A stretch of DNA of 33,423 bases from a virus (taxonomy: Duplodnaviria > Heunggongvirae > Uroviricota > Caudoviricetes): the IMG/VR virus record IMGVR_UViG_2541047939_000004; one strand, 5' to 3'. The notes beneath the pieces were generated by a model. It did no database searches, was not told the DNA's origin, and was given only the letters and a program-made list of their open reading frames with translations. Below are positions 1-9,273 of the stretch, one piece after another (position 1 is the stretch's first letter; each line of letters starts with the position of its first letter). A program made the position numbers and the translations under genes.

Positions 1-1143
1 CTATGCTGTTTTGATATCTACGATAATCCAGTCTTTACCACGATCATCATTGTATCGGTCGGTCATTTTTCTGGATTTATGACCTAACAACTTTTGCGTA
101 TCCAGACCCTGTTCCCGATATAACCGTTCTGACAGAGATCGCTGCTCATGAAATGTGGGCGCAGTTCCTGGCTCCCATTTTATGCCACATTTTTCCCTGG
201 CCTTTTTAAAAGCCGTTGTAAGAGTATTTGCAGACACCTGGTCTCCTCTGTTTGCTTGAGAGGTAGTGTGACGGTAATGGACCAGATATTTACTAACAAC
301 AGCATCCCTGCACTGAGATATAACTTCACGAAGGGTAATATTCAGAGCATCGCATTTCAGGTTAAGCGGAATAGCAAGTTTTGAACCGGTTTTTTCCTGA
401 GTAATGTGCAACATGTCGTCCCAGATATCAGAGAATTTCAAATTGCAGATATCGCCTAAACGTTGTCCAGTGACAAGAGCAAGTAGCATCCCGCATTTTA
501 AATAGGGCTGCCGTCTGCTTACGCTGTCAAATATTGCCTGCCATTCGGGCAGTGATAATCTTTGGCGGTTTACTCGATTTCGCGGTTGTTTTGTTGCCTG
601 CGCTGGGTTAAATCCTGGCGGAACATGTCCTGCGTGTTGTGCTTCTTTGAAGACGTCGATCAACACCATTCTCACGACTTGCGCCATCCTGTTATGACCT
701 TCAGCCTTTACAGCATCAATTATTTCGGCAATATCAAGTGCGGTAATATCCTTGAGGTGTTGCATTCCACAATGCTCACGGAAAAGACGAATGGGTTTGC
801 CTTTTTGCCGATAGGAGTTGGGTCTTAGTTCATTATGTTGCAGCCTGTCCTCCTGGATAGAAATATATTTATCAAGCCATTCTGTCACCGTAATGTCTGA
901 GCGCCTGCCTTTCATTCTTTCTAGACGCTCATTGACGCTTAATATTTGTCGGGTACGTTGTTCAGCAATAATGGTATTTGCTTCAGTAGCAACTTGTTTT
1001 GCTTCATTCTCATCAGTTCCTAAGCTATGAAAACGACCGGATAGTGGATGTTTGTATTGCCAATATACCTTTCCGGTTCGCTTATCTAATTTGCAATATA
1101 AATTGGGTATAGAGATTTTGTGAGATCGGGGTCTAGCAGCCAT
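1..1143 (-). CDS. int: Tyrosine integrase, lambda Int family
   Basis: 380-aa ORF with stop at window edge; C-terminal ...PTFHEQRSLSERLY...LLGHKS...DDRG resembles lambda Int catalytic region; ATG at 1143 overlaps upstream xis. Confidence 0.9.
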   Translation of the reverse strand: MAARPRSHKISIPNLYCKLDKRTGKVYWQYKHPLSGRFHSLGTDENEAKQVATEANTIIAEQRTRQILSVNERLERMKGRRSDITVTEWLDKYISIQEDRLQHNELRPNSYRQKGKPIRLFREHCGMQHLKDITALDIAEIIDAVKAEGHNRMAQVVRMVLIDVFKEAQHAGHVPPGFNPAQATKQPRNRVNRQRLSLPEWQAIFDSVSRRQPYLKCGMLLALVTGQRLGDICNLKFSDIWDDMLHITQEKTGSKLAIPLNLKCDALNITLREVISQCRDAVVSKYLVHYRHTTSQANRGDQVSANTLTTAFKKAREKCGIKWEPGTAPTFHEQRSLSERLYREQGLDTQKLLGHKSRKMTDRYNDDRGKDWIIVDIKTA

Positions 1144-1369
1144 CAGCGATTATCCGTTGGAGTTTTGGGTTTGCGTTTATTGGGAGTTGCGGTTCTGCAA
1201 GCGTTCCTACAAAACGGGAATTTCGGTCAATCATCCAGTAGCGACCAACTTTTATAGCGGGTGGGGCCATCATTTTCCCTTGCGCGTATTTTTTCAGAAC
1301 TCGCTCACTTGGTGCTAAGTCCCCAAATTCTTCTTTAGCCCAGTCCTGTAAAGTGATTAGTCGAGACAT
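1133..1369 (-). CDS. xis: Excisionase-like protein
   Basis: 78-aa ORF directly upstream of int with 11-nt overlap; strong SD GAGGAGG before ATG 1369; call by position. Confidence 0.7.
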   Translation of the reverse strand: MSRLITLQDWAKEEFGDLAPSERVLKKYAQGKMMAPPAIKVGRYWMIDRNSRFVGTLAEPQLPINANPKLQRIIADGC

Positions 1370-1508
1370 TTGTCCTCCTCTTAGCTGCTGAGGGAGTTTG
1401 TGACCGATATATCTGACATGATATTAAGCTCATGGCAGGTACATCTCTTGACTGGTCATAGAGATAAATTTAATGCTGAGAAATGCAGTATTGAATTTAT
1501 CAATTTTT

Positions 1509-1748
1509 CTATTTCCTGCGTATGGCACGTAACTTCTTAATGTGTTCTGCTGTTTCGATCTCTTCAGCTATCCGATCTGCGTCAGCTTTATTCACAGGTT
1601 CAAAGTCATGATTAAAGCGGAACATGCTGGCGATACATGTTCTGCCTTTTCGGATGTAGTGAACTTTGTTGTGAGTGGAACGCAGGATTTTGCAGGGAGT
1701 GCCGTGGTGGTCGACGTACCAGGTGTTAGGGTAAATCACTCTGAACAT
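1509..1748 (-). CDS. hypothetical protein (b-region)
   Basis: 79-aa ORF, ATG at 1748, same strand as neighbours; no recognisable motif. Confidence 0.4.
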   Translation of the reverse strand: MFRVIYPNTWYVDHHGTPCKILRSTHNKVHYIRKGRTCIASMFRFNHDFEPVNKADADRIAEEIETAEHIKKLRAIRRK

Positions 1749-1773
1749 TCTTGACCTTGTGTTGTGCGGATTG

Positions 1774-2058
1774 TTATTCAGTGCCGATATTTACCTTTAT
1801 CGCGTATACCTTTACCGGTTTATCACCGAAGTGCGGATGTGTGATTGTCTTCACTTCATATCCGTCATACGGAACATCAACTCTGCGGCTGGAATCGTCG
1901 CGCTTCGGATATCCCTTTGTGATAATCAGGCGGTCATGCTTACGGTTAACGAGGCGCTTTTTCCAGTAGTCATTACACAGGCGATACTCTTCCGTTTTCT
2001 CTCCGCGAATCATGGCATCGAAGTATTCACCTTTAACGGCAAGTTGCAGGTTAGCCAC
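1774..2058 (-). CDS. ASCH-like domain protein (probable GTG start)
   Basis: Motif KGEYFDAMIRGEKTEEYRL typical of ASCH/DUF3850; SD AAGGAG 7 nt before GTG at 2058; the track start at 2142 would overlap the upstream gene by about 90 nt. Confidence 0.5.
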   Translation of the reverse strand: MANLQLAVKGEYFDAMIRGEKTEEYRLCNDYWKKRLVNRKHDRLIITKGYPKRDDSSRRVDVPYDGYEVKTITHPHFGDKPVKVYAIKVNIGTE

Positions 2059-2791
2059 GGTTAACTCCTTGCTGTGTGGCGTCGAGTAATAAATCCCACA
2101 ACCGCTGAGAGCAATTTCCGCATGTACAGCGTTGACCCACAACGTTTATCGCGTTGCTGATTTCCGGCGTTACCTGTTTAGGAACCATAACCCAACCATC
2201 CGGAGTTACCGGAAGCGAGAACGGCAGCACATCTCTGTGAACAAGTTTTTGCTGTGACAGGTTATCCAGAACTTTCTGTACTGCTGCATCACCGAATACA
2301 CCAAGCGCATCTGCCATAACTCCTACAACCTGATAAGCCTCAGCGCATACCGTGGATAAACCATCCGGAATTACCGGAGAGTTGCCGGGTTCTTTAATGT
2401 GCAAGCGAGGCTCACCATCTTTTGGCTCAGGCCACTGGCGCTCCATGTTGATCTTCAATTTATCTTCCATAGCAACGGTAATTTCAGCATCGCTGATGCC
2501 AGCACGGCGCTGTGCATCCCACAACAGAAACTGCATATCAGCCCACTCGCTAAGATCGTCTGGTTCGGCTGCGGCTTCCAGTGCCTCTTTTGAGAGGTGT
2601 TTCAGTGGACCAATGGGGCCAACGCAGCCAAATGTGGAGTCAGACCATTTGGCATGCTCGTGGCGAATCTGTTCGCGTTCCAGTGATGCCAGTGCAATTC
2701 GTGCTAGTTCCATTTGTTCGCCACGAGTAAGCCCGTTTTCAAGCGGATTTTTAATGAACAATTCAATACGTTCTTTGGTAATAGTGGTCAT
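2051..2791 (-). CDS. DUF550/DUF551-like prophage accessory protein
   Basis: 246-aa ORF; SD GAGGA before ATG 2791; sequence recalls the DUF550 pyrophosphohydrolase-like family common in prophage b-regions; ATGA overlap with upstream gene. Confidence 0.55.
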   Translation of the reverse strand: MTTITKERIELFIKNPLENGLTRGEQMELARIALASLEREQIRHEHAKWSDSTFGCVGPIGPLKHLSKEALEAAAEPDDLSEWADMQFLLWDAQRRAGISDAEITVAMEDKLKINMERQWPEPKDGEPRLHIKEPGNSPVIPDGLSTVCAEAYQVVGVMADALGVFGDAAVQKVLDNLSQQKLVHRDVLPFSLPVTPDGWVMVPKQVTPEISNAINVVGQRCTCGNCSQRLWDLLLDATQQGVNRG

Positions 2792-2997
2792 GTGTTAATC
2801 CTCAAAACTTTATGCCCGGGCGCAAAAGTACGTGTTTTGTCTTTGCTTATTCGCCACCCGTCTTTACGGGCCTCTTTTGCACAACCAGACCATGACGTAC
2901 CGATATACTCACCGAAGTCTGGCACTGGATATACACCTTCCGTACACTGGCGACAATCACAATAGAGATGCATGGTGTAACTTGCGGCAATAGCCAT
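2788..2997 (-). CDS. small Cys-rich protein
   Basis: ATG at 2997 directly after upstream stop (TGATATG); sequence MAIAASYTMHLYCDCRQCTEG... has a Cys cluster; the track start at 3039 is an over-extension. Confidence 0.5.
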   Translation of the reverse strand: MAIAASYTMHLYCDCRQCTEGVYPVPDFGEYIGTSWSGCAKEARKDGWRISKDKTRTFAPGHKVLRINT

Positions 2998-2998
2998 A

Positions 2999-3532
2999 TC
3001 ACTCTCTTTTTCCCTGAAGCATGGCAGCGTGGCAGGCATCCTCTACGCCCTTAACTGCATCTGCGCAGTAGTTATAGCGATTGCATTCCACTAACTTCTG
3101 CCTGAGATTTTCAATTGCTTGCGCGACATCAGCCTGTATTACAGGAACTGGCGGAACGGCTGTCTGCTGCTCTCGAACGTCATTAGTCGCTATCGGTTCT
3201 GCTGCCAACTGACTGGCATATTTGTTAATGGTAACGATAAGCTCTTGCTCAGCCTCATCCAGACAATCACCGATACCTCGCCTGTCGCCGTCAAAATCAT
3301 CGAAATCAGCACGAACTCTGGCAAATTTCAGGATTGCGGACAACACCTCACCAGGAATTACCGGAGAGTTGGTTGACGTTTCCGAAATTTCCCGAAAATT
3401 ATTGGTTGACGAATTCGCGTTTTCCCGAAAGTTTCCGGCATGAAGCATAGCCGCGCGGCAGGCGTTCCAGCCTCTCACCTCTGCAATAGCGGCAACAGCA
3501 TCGACCGCGTACATGCTAAGAGGGTTAGGCAT
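2999..3532 (-). CDS. Ead/Ea22-like accessory protein
   Basis: ORF with PV(I/V)P linker motifs and an internal NFRE...STN tandem repeat; ATG at 3532 chosen because the upstream gene ends at 3550. Confidence 0.5.
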   Translation of the reverse strand: MPNPLSMYAVDAVAAIAEVRGWNACRAAMLHAGNFRENANSSTNNFREISETSTNSPVIPGEVLSAILKFARVRADFDDFDGDRRGIGDCLDEAEQELIVTINKYASQLAAEPIATNDVREQQTAVPPVPVIQADVAQAIENLRQKLVECNRYNYCADAVKGVEDACHAAMLQGKRE

Positions 3533-3549
3533 TGGTTTTTCTTCAGGTA

Positions 3550-3804
3550 CTACTGGCACTGGCTTGGCATATATAGCGGCTGAACATACCAACCCTTTGA
3601 TAACCAACTGTCAGCAATGTTTTTACTCCTCGTTATTGCCGGAATACCTAAGCCATTGTCTGAATGCAGCCATGCCACCGGATTCTCTTCCAGCGATGCC
3701 AGAGCAATTTCATAAGCCCGGCGCTCAACATTGTCTCGCACATCCAAACTGCTGATACGCTCTTTGATTTCTTTAATCAGTTCTTTGTCGGTAAAAGTGC
3801 TCAT
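3550..3804 (-). CDS. hypothetical protein
   Basis: ATG at 3804 preceded by GGAGA; stop of upstream gene abuts the start; 84 aa. Confidence 0.5.
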   Translation of the reverse strand: MSTFTDKELIKEIKERISSLDVRDNVERRAYEIALASLEENPVAWLHSDNGLGIPAITRSKNIADSWLSKGWYVQPLYMPSQCQ

Positions 3805-3805
3805 A

Positions 3806-4570
3806 TCAATCTCCATTGGTATCAATGTTTACAGCCTGACAAGACTCTTTGAGCACCCAGTCAATAGCGTCTTTCCATGCCTCTGTTTCGACTGGTGGAT
3901 TTTCACGCTTAACCTGTTCATAGAAGCGCACTGCTTTAACCAGTCCTTCCGGTACTACTGGTGATGGCTGTTTAGCTTCTAAATCAGCAATTCTGTCAAC
4001 CACGGCATCGACAGCATCTGAAAAGCCGAACCAGTTGCTCCACTCCGGCTCATCCCCGGTTGCTGCAAAGTACATATCTGCTAAAGCAGATTCAGCATGG
4101 TCACGCTCGTTAATGAGTTGCTCTTCGCTTTTCTCCAGTTCAGCAATACGCTTACCCCCATCCGAGATAACACCTTCGTAATACTCACGCTGCTCGTTGA
4201 GTTTTGATTTTGTCTCCTCAAGCTCAACTCTCAGCTTCCCAACAGTAAGAGCAATATCCTCGTTCTCCTGGTCGCGGCGTTTTATGTATTGCTGGTTTCT
4301 TTCCCGTTCATCCAGCAGTGCCAGCACAGTAGCCGGATTGGCTGCGGCGATGAATTCAGCATTGGCCTGCTGTTCCATTTGGAAATCTTCATCGAAACCG
4401 CTTTCTGGATGCGCTCCTTCAATTCTGCAAATGGGAATATATCCAGCAACTTCACGATGAATTAGCGCATAATCACCATCAAATCGGCTCTCTCCATATT
4501 CGAGCGACCACTCACCACACGTTGCTTTTTCTGCCGCTTCACGCAGTGCCTGATAGTTAATTTCGCTCAC
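3806..4570 (-). CDS. Ead/Ea22-like coiled-coil protein (GTG start)
   Basis: 254-aa ORF; GTG 4570 overlaps TraR-like stop (GTGA); SD GAGAGG; central charged coiled-coil-like segment. Confidence 0.6.
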   Translation of the reverse strand: MSEINYQALREAAEKATCGEWSLEYGESRFDGDYALIHREVAGYIPICRIEGAHPESGFDEDFQMEQQANAEFIAAANPATVLALLDERERNQQYIKRRDQENEDIALTVGKLRVELEETKSKLNEQREYYEGVISDGGKRIAELEKSEEQLINERDHAESALADMYFAATGDEPEWSNWFGFSDAVDAVVDRIADLEAKQPSPVVPEGLVKAVRFYEQVKRENPPVETEAWKDAIDWVLKESCQAVNIDTNGD

Positions 4571-4788
4571 TTCGAACCTCTCTGTTTACTGATAAGCTCC
4601 AGATCCTCCTGGCAACTTGCACAAGTCCGACAACCCTGAACGACCAGGCGTCTTCGTTCATCTATGGGATCGCCACACTCACAACAATGAGTGGCGGATA
4701 TAGTCTGGTAGTTCAGACGACGCATTTTTATTGCTGTATTGCGCTGTAATTCTTCAATTTCTGATGCTGAATCAATGATGTCCGCCAT
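4567..4788 (-). CDS. TraR/DksA-family C4 zinc-finger protein
   Basis: 73 aa with CxxC...CxxC (CCECGDPI...CRTCASC) characteristic of phage TraR-like proteins. Confidence 0.75.
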   Translation of the reverse strand: MADIIDSASEIEELQRNTAIKMRRLNYQTISATHCCECGDPIDERRRLVVQGCRTCASCQEDLELISKQRGSK

Positions 4789-4842
4789 CTTTCATTAATC
4801 CCTGAATTGTTGGTTAATACGCTTGAGGGTGAATGCGAATAA

Positions 4843-4866
4843 TAAAAAAGGAGCCTGTAGCTCCCT
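4843..4866 (-). terminator. Intrinsic terminator (minus strand)
   Basis: GGAGC-5 nt-GCTCC hairpin (4850-4864) followed on the minus strand by TTTTTT; lies just downstream of the 4887-5168 ORF. Confidence 0.5.
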
Positions 4867-4886
4867 GATGATTTTGCTTTTCATGT

Positions 4887-5168
4887 TCACCGTTCCTTAA
4901 AGACGCCGTTTAACATGCCGATCGCCAGGCTTAAATGAGTCGGTGTGAATCCCATCAGCGTTACCGTTTCGCGGTGCTTCTTTAGTACGCTACGGCAAAT
5001 GTCATCGACGTTTTTATCCGGAAACTGCTGTCTGGCTTTTTTGATTTCAGAATTAGCCTGACGGGCAATGCTGCGAAGGGCGTTTTCTTGCTGAGGTGTC
5101 ACTGAACAAGCCCCATGTCGGCAAGCATAAGCACACAGAATATGAAGCCCGCTGCCAGAAAAATGCAT
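4887..5168 (-). CDS. hypothetical protein (orf61 position)
   Basis: 93-aa ORF followed by a terminator; start uncertain; an overlapping 27-aa hydrophobic ORF exists in another frame. Confidence 0.35.
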   Translation of the reverse strand: MHFSGSGLHILCAYACRHGACSVTPQQENALRSIARQANSEIKKARQQFPDKNVDDICRSVLKKHRETVTLMGFTPTHLSLAIGMLNGVFKER

Positions 5169-5178
5169 TCAGTGGTTG

Positions 5179-5370
5179 TCATACCTGGTCTCTCTCATCT
5201 GCTTCTGCTTTCGCCACCATCATTTCCAGCTTTTGTGAAAGGGATGTGGCTAACGTATGAAATTCTTCGTCTGTTTCTACTGGTATTGGCACAAACCTGA
5301 CTCCAATTTGAGCAAGGCTATGTGCCATCTCAATACTCGTTCTTAACTCAACAGGAGATGCTTTGTGCAT
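5179..5370 (-). CDS. lambda orf63-like protein
   Basis: 63 aa [23 protein letters not shown]... closely matches remembered lambda orf63; spacing to exo as in lambda. Confidence 0.6.
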   Translation of the reverse strand: MHKASPVELRTSIEMAHSLAQIGVRFVPIPVETDEEFHTLATSLSQKLEMMVAKAEADERDQV

Positions 5371-5531
5371 ACCGCCTCCCGTTTATTATTTATCTTCTCA
5401 GCCAGCCGCTGTGCTTTCAGTGGATTTCTGATAACAGAAAGGCCGGGAAATACCCAGCCTCGCTTTGTAACGGAGTAGACGAAAGTGATCGCGCCTACCC
5501 GGATATTATCGTGAGGATGCGTCATCGCCAT
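5343..5531 (-). CDS. lambda orf60a-like protein
   Basis: 62-aa ORF overlapping orf63 by 28 nt and exo start, as in lambda. Confidence 0.5.
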   Translation of the reverse strand: MAMTHPHDNIRVGAITFVYSVTKRGWVFPGLSVIRNPLKAQRLAEKINNKREAVCTKHLLLS

Positions 5532-6202
5532 TGCTCCCCAAATACAAAACTAATTTCAGCCAGTGCCTCGTCCATTTTTTCGATGAACTCCGGCACCATC
5601 TCGTCAAAACTCGCCATGTACTTTTCATCCCGCTCAACCACGACATAATGCAGTCCTTCACGCTTCATACGCGGGTCATAGTTGGCAAAGTACCAGGCAT
5701 CTTTTCGCGTCACCCACATGCTGTACTGCACCTGGGCCATGTAAGCCGATTTTATGGCCTCGAAACCACCGAGCCGGAACTTCATGAAATCCCGGGAGGT
5801 AAACGGGCATTTCAGCTCAAGGCCGTTGCCGTCACTGCATAAACCATCGGGAGAGCAGGCGGTGCGCATACTTTCGTCGCGATAGATGATCGGGGATTCA
5901 GTAACATTCACGCCGGAAGTAAACTCAAACAGGGCTCTGGCGTCGTTCTCGTACTGTTTTCCCCAAGCCAGCGCCTTAGCGTTAACTTCCGGAGCCACAC
6001 CGGTGCAAACCTCAGCAAGCAGGGTGTGGAAGTAGGACATTTTCATGTCAGGCCATTTCTTTCCGGAGCGGGGTTTTGCTATCACGTTGTGAACTTCTGA
6101 AGCGGTGATGACGCCGAGCCGTAATTTGTGCCATGCATCATCCCCCTGTTCGACAGCTCTCACGTCGATCCCGGTACGCTGCAGGATAATGTCCGGTGTC
6201 AT
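5522..6202 (-). CDS. exo: Exonuclease (Red alpha)
   Basis: 226 aa, near-identical to remembered lambda Exo ([37 protein letters not shown]...). Confidence 0.95.
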   Translation of the reverse strand: MTPDIILQRTGIDVRAVEQGDDAWHKLRLGVITASEVHNVIAKPRSGKKWPDMKMSYFHTLLAEVCTGVAPEVNAKALAWGKQYENDARALFEFTSGVNVTESPIIYRDESMRTACSPDGLCSDGNGLELKCPFTSRDFMKFRLGGFEAIKSAYMAQVQYSMWVTRKDAWYFANYDPRMKREGLHYVVVERDEKYMASFDEMVPEFIEKMDEALAEISFVFGEQWR

Positions 6203-6984
6203 GCTGCCACCTTCTGCTCAGTGGCTTTCTGTTTCAGGAATCCAAGAGCTTTCACTGCTTCGGCCTGTGTCAGTTCTGACGATGCGCGAATGTCGCGGCG
6301 AAATATCTGGGAACAGAGCGGCAATAAGTCGTCATCCCATGTTTTATCCAGGGCGATCAGCAGAGTGTTAATCTCCTGCATGGTTTCATCGTTAACCGGA
6401 GTGATGTCGCGTTCCGGCTGACGTTCTGCAGTGTATGCGGTATTTTCGACAATGCGCTCGGCTTCATCCTTGTCATAGATACCAGCAAATCCGAAGGCGA
6501 GACGGGCACACTGAATCATGGCTTTATGCCGTAACATCCGTTTGGGATGCGACTGCCACGGCCCCGTGATTTCTCTGCCTTCGCGGGTTTTGAATGGTTC
6601 GCGGCGGCATTCATCCATCCACTCGGTAACGCAGATCGGATGATTGCGGTCTTTGCGGTAAATCCGGCATGTACATGATTCATTGTCCTGCTCAAAGTCC
6701 ATACCATCAAACTGCTGGTTTTCATTGATGATGCGGGACCAGCCATCAACGCCCACCACCGGAACAATGCCGTTCTGCTTATCAGGGAAGGCGTAAATTT
6801 CTTTCGTCCACGGATTAAGGCCGTACTGGTTGGCGACGATCAACAATGCGATGAACTGCGCATCGCTGGCATCACCTTTAAATGCCGTCTGGCGAAGAGT
6901 GGTGATCAGTTCCTGTGGGTCGACAGAATCCATGCCGACACGTTCAGCCAGCTTCCCTGCCAGCGTTGCGAGTGCTGTACTCAT
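6199..6984 (-). CDS. bet: Recombinase Bet (Red beta)
   Basis: 261 aa, near-identical to remembered lambda Bet. Confidence 0.95.
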   Translation of the reverse strand: MSTALATLAGKLAERVGMDSVDPQELITTLRQTAFKGDASDAQFIALLIVANQYGLNPWTKEIYAFPDKQNGIVPVVGVDGWSRIINENQQFDGMDFEQDNESCTCRIYRKDRNHPICVTEWMDECRREPFKTREGREITGPWQSHPKRMLRHKAMIQCARLAFGFAGIYDKDEAERIVENTAYTAERQPERDITPVNDETMQEINTLLIALDKTWDDDLLPLCSQIFRRDIRASSELTQAEAVKALGFLKQKATEQKVAA

Positions 6985-6989
6985 CCGTT

Positions 6990-7286
6990 TTATACCTCTG
7001 AATCAATATCAGCCTGATGGTGAGCAATGGTTTCAACTATGTACCGGATGTGTTCTGCCATGCGCTCCTGAAACTCAACATCGTCATCAAACGCACGGGT
7101 AATGGCTTTTTTGCTGGCCCCGTGGCGTTGTAAATGATCGATGCATAGCGATTCAAACAGGTGCTGGGGCAGGCCTTTTTCCATGTCGTCTGCCAGTTCT
7201 GCCTCTTTCTCTTCACGGGCGATCTGCTGGTAGTGACGCGCCCAGCTCTGAGCCTCAAGACGATCCTGAATGTAATAAGCGTTCAT
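6990..7286 (-). CDS. gam: Gam, short form (RecBCD inhibitor GamS)
   Basis: 98 aa [21 protein letters not shown]... matches lambda GamS; SD AGGAG upstream. Confidence 0.9.
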   Translation of the reverse strand: MNAYYIQDRLEAQSWARHYQQIAREEKEAELADDMEKGLPQHLFESLCIDHLQRHGASKKAITRAFDDDVEFQERMAEHIRYIVETIAHHQADIDSEV

Positions 7287-7361
7287 GGCTGAACTCCTGA
7301 AAATGGCTGTGAAAATATCGCCCGCGAAATGCCAGGCTGATTAGGAAAACAGGAAAGGGGG

Positions 7362-7505
7362 TTAGTGAATGCTTTTGCTTGATCTCAGTTTCAGTATTAA
7401 TATCCATTTTTTATAAGCGTCGACGGCCTCACGAAACATCTTTTCATCGCCAATAAAAGTGGCGATAGTGAATTTAGTCTGGATAGCCATAATTGTTTGA
7501 TCCAT
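7362..7505 (-). CDS. kil: Kil (host cell-division inhibitor)
   Basis: Internal ATG gives 47 aa [47 protein letters not shown], matching remembered lambda Kil; the track ORF is an N-terminal over-extension. Confidence 0.7.
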   Translation of the reverse strand: MDQTIMAIQTKFTIATFIGDEKMFREAVDAYKKWILILKLRSSKSIH

Positions 7506-7638
7506 TTTTTGGGACTCCTGGCTGATTAAGTATGTCGATAAGGCGTTTCCATCCGTCACGTAATTTACGGGTGATTCGTTCAAGTAAAGATTCGGAAGGG
7601 CAGCCAGCAACAGGCCACCCTGCAATGGCATATTGCAT
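7474..7638 (-). CDS. cIII: CIII (FtsH inhibitor)
   Basis: Hand translation from ATG 7638: [47 protein letters not shown]... matches lambda CIII; 54 aa, absent from the track (<60 aa); 32-nt overlap with kil as in lambda. Confidence 0.75.
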   Translation of the reverse strand: MQYAIAGWPVAGCPSESLLERITRKLRDGWKRLIDILNQPGVPKNGSNNYGYPD

Positions 7639-7710
7639 GGTGTGCTCCTTATTTATACATAACGAAAAACGCCTCGAGTGAAGCGTAATTGGTATGCGGT
7701 AACGCCGCGC

Positions 7711-8079
7711 TCAGGCGGCCTTGATAGTCATATCATCTGAATCAAATATTCCTGATGTATCGATATCGGTAATTCTTATTCCTTCACTACCATCCATTGG
7801 AGGCCATCCTTCCTGACCATTTCCATCATTCCAGTCGAACTCACACACAACACCATATGCATTTAAGTCGCTTGAAATTGCTATAAGCAGAGCATGTTGC
7901 GCCAGCATGATTAATACAGCATTTAATACAGAGCCGTGTTTATTGAGTCGGTATTCAGAGTCTGACCAGAAATTATTAATCTGGTGAAGTTTTTCCTCTG
8001 TCATTACGTCATGGTCAATTTCAATTTCTATTGATGCTTTCCAGTCGTAATCAATGATGTATTTTTTGATGTTTGACAT
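7711..8079 (-). CDS. ea10: Ea10-like protein
   Basis: 122-aa ORF at the lambda ea10 position between cIII and ral; ATG at 8079. Confidence 0.65.
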   Translation of the reverse strand: MSNIKKYIIDYDWKASIEIEIDHDVMTEEKLHQINNFWSDSEYRLNKHGSVLNAVLIMLAQHALLIAISSDLNAYGVVCEFDWNDGNGQEGWPPMDGSEGIRITDIDTSGIFDSDDMTIKAA

Positions 8080-8095
8080 CTATTCATATCCTCAT

Positions 8096-8125
8096 AGATA
8101 AAAAATCGCCCTCACACTGGAGGGC
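8096..8125 (-). terminator. Intrinsic terminator (tL-like, minus strand)
   Basis: GCCCTC-6 nt-GAGGGC hairpin (8108-8125) followed on the minus strand by GATTTTTTATC; between ral and ea10. Confidence 0.45.
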
Positions 8126-8261
8126 AAAGAAGATTTCCAATAATCAGAACAAGTCGGCTCCTGTTTAGTTACGAGCGACATTGCTCCGTGTATTCACTCG
8201 TTGGAATGAATACACAGTGCAGTGTTTATTCTGTTATTTATGCCAAAAATAAAGGCCACTA

Positions 8262-8462
8262 TCAGGCAGCTTTGTTGTTCTGTTTACCAAGTTCTCTGGC
8301 AATCATTGCCGTCGTTCGTATTGCCCATTTATCGACATATTTCCCATCTTCCATTACAGGAAACATTTCTTCAGGCTTAACCATGCATTCCGATTGCAGC
8401 TTGCATCCATTGCATCGTTTGAATTGTCCACACCATTGATTTGTATCAATAGTCGTAGTCAT
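8262..8462 (-). CDS. ral: Ral (restriction alleviation)
   Basis: 66 aa MTTTIDTNQWCGQFKRCNGCKLQSECMVKPEE... matches remembered lambda Ral. Confidence 0.85.
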   Translation of the reverse strand: MTTTIDTNQWCGQFKRCNGCKLQSECMVKPEEMFPVMEDGKYVDKWAIRTTAMIARELGKQNNKAA

Positions 8463-8532
8463 ACGGATAGTCCTGGTATTGTTCCATCACATCTTGAGGA
8501 TGCTCTTCGAACTCTTCAAATTCTTCTTCCAT
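8446..8532 (-). CDS. orf28-like acidic peptide
   Basis: Hand-translated 28 aa MEEEFEEFEEHPQDVMEQYQDYPYDYDY; stop overlaps ral start; position of lambda orf28. Confidence 0.45.
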   Translation of the reverse strand: MEEEFEEFEEHPQDVMEQYQDYPYDYDY

Positions 8533-8675
8533 ATATCACCTTAAATAGTGGATTGCGGTAGTAAAGATTGTGCCTGTCTTTTAACCACATCAGGCTCGGT
8601 GGTTCTCGTGTACCCCTACAACGAGAAATCGGATAAACTCTATTCACCCCTACAGAGAGCAAAAGAGAAACGCCG

Positions 8676-9257
8676 ATGAACAACTCATGGTGGCAGGAAC
8701 TAATGCATTTTTTCCTGCAAGGAATGACACTTAAACAGTTGATTCATATGCTAATCATCCTGATCATATTGATTATTGTTATGCCGGTAAGCGTAAAAGA
8801 ATGGATAAACCTGCATAGTCCAGAAATCCTTCCTCATTACTGGATGTATTACATCCTGTTGTTTTGCGTTAGCTATGTGCTTAACGGCGTTGTTAATTCC
8901 GCTTATCACGCTGTGACTGAAAGAATTGAGGTATTCGCTGCTCAGAAGCGCAAATCTAAAGAAGAAAAATATGTGCAAGATTTGTTTGATTCGTTAACTC
9001 TTGGAGAAAGAGCGTATTTGGCATTCGCTGTAGCCGCTAATAACCAGCTACAAACGGAAAAGGGCGCTCATGAATCAATTTCATTGCTCAAAAAAGGACT
9101 CCTCGTTCGAAGGCCTCCTGCTGTTGGATATCCTGATACCGACCGTTTCGTTATCCCTGAAAGCTATAGACATGAGTGCTACATTAGGTTTGCCGGGAAG
9201 GCAGACAGCCTTATGGATGAACTTATCGCTCAGGATAAGCATGGCAAAAACAAGTAA
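8676..9257 (+). CDS. sieB: Superinfection exclusion protein B
   Basis: 193 aa MNNSWWQELMHFFLQGMTLKQLIHMLIILIIL... matches remembered lambda SieB; plus strand opposite to the pL operon, as in lambda. Confidence 0.85.
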   Translation: MNNSWWQELMHFFLQGMTLKQLIHMLIILIILIIVMPVSVKEWINLHSPEILPHYWMYYILLFCVSYVLNGVVNSAYHAVTERIEVFAAQKRKSKEEKYVQDLFDSLTLGERAYLAFAVAANNQLQTEKGAHESISLLKKGLLVRRPPAVGYPDTDRFVIPESYRHECYIRFAGKADSLMDELIAQDKHGKNK

Positions 9258-9273
9258 TTAGCAAATGAATTTA

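Noticed and set aside
7506-7631. N-terminal extension of the kil ORF track entry
   Set aside because: The lambda Kil-like sequence begins at the internal ATG 7505; the extension overlaps cIII, which is read in another frame.
8188-8439. 83-aa plus-strand ORF overlapping ral
   Set aside because: Antisense to the well-supported ral gene; no SD.
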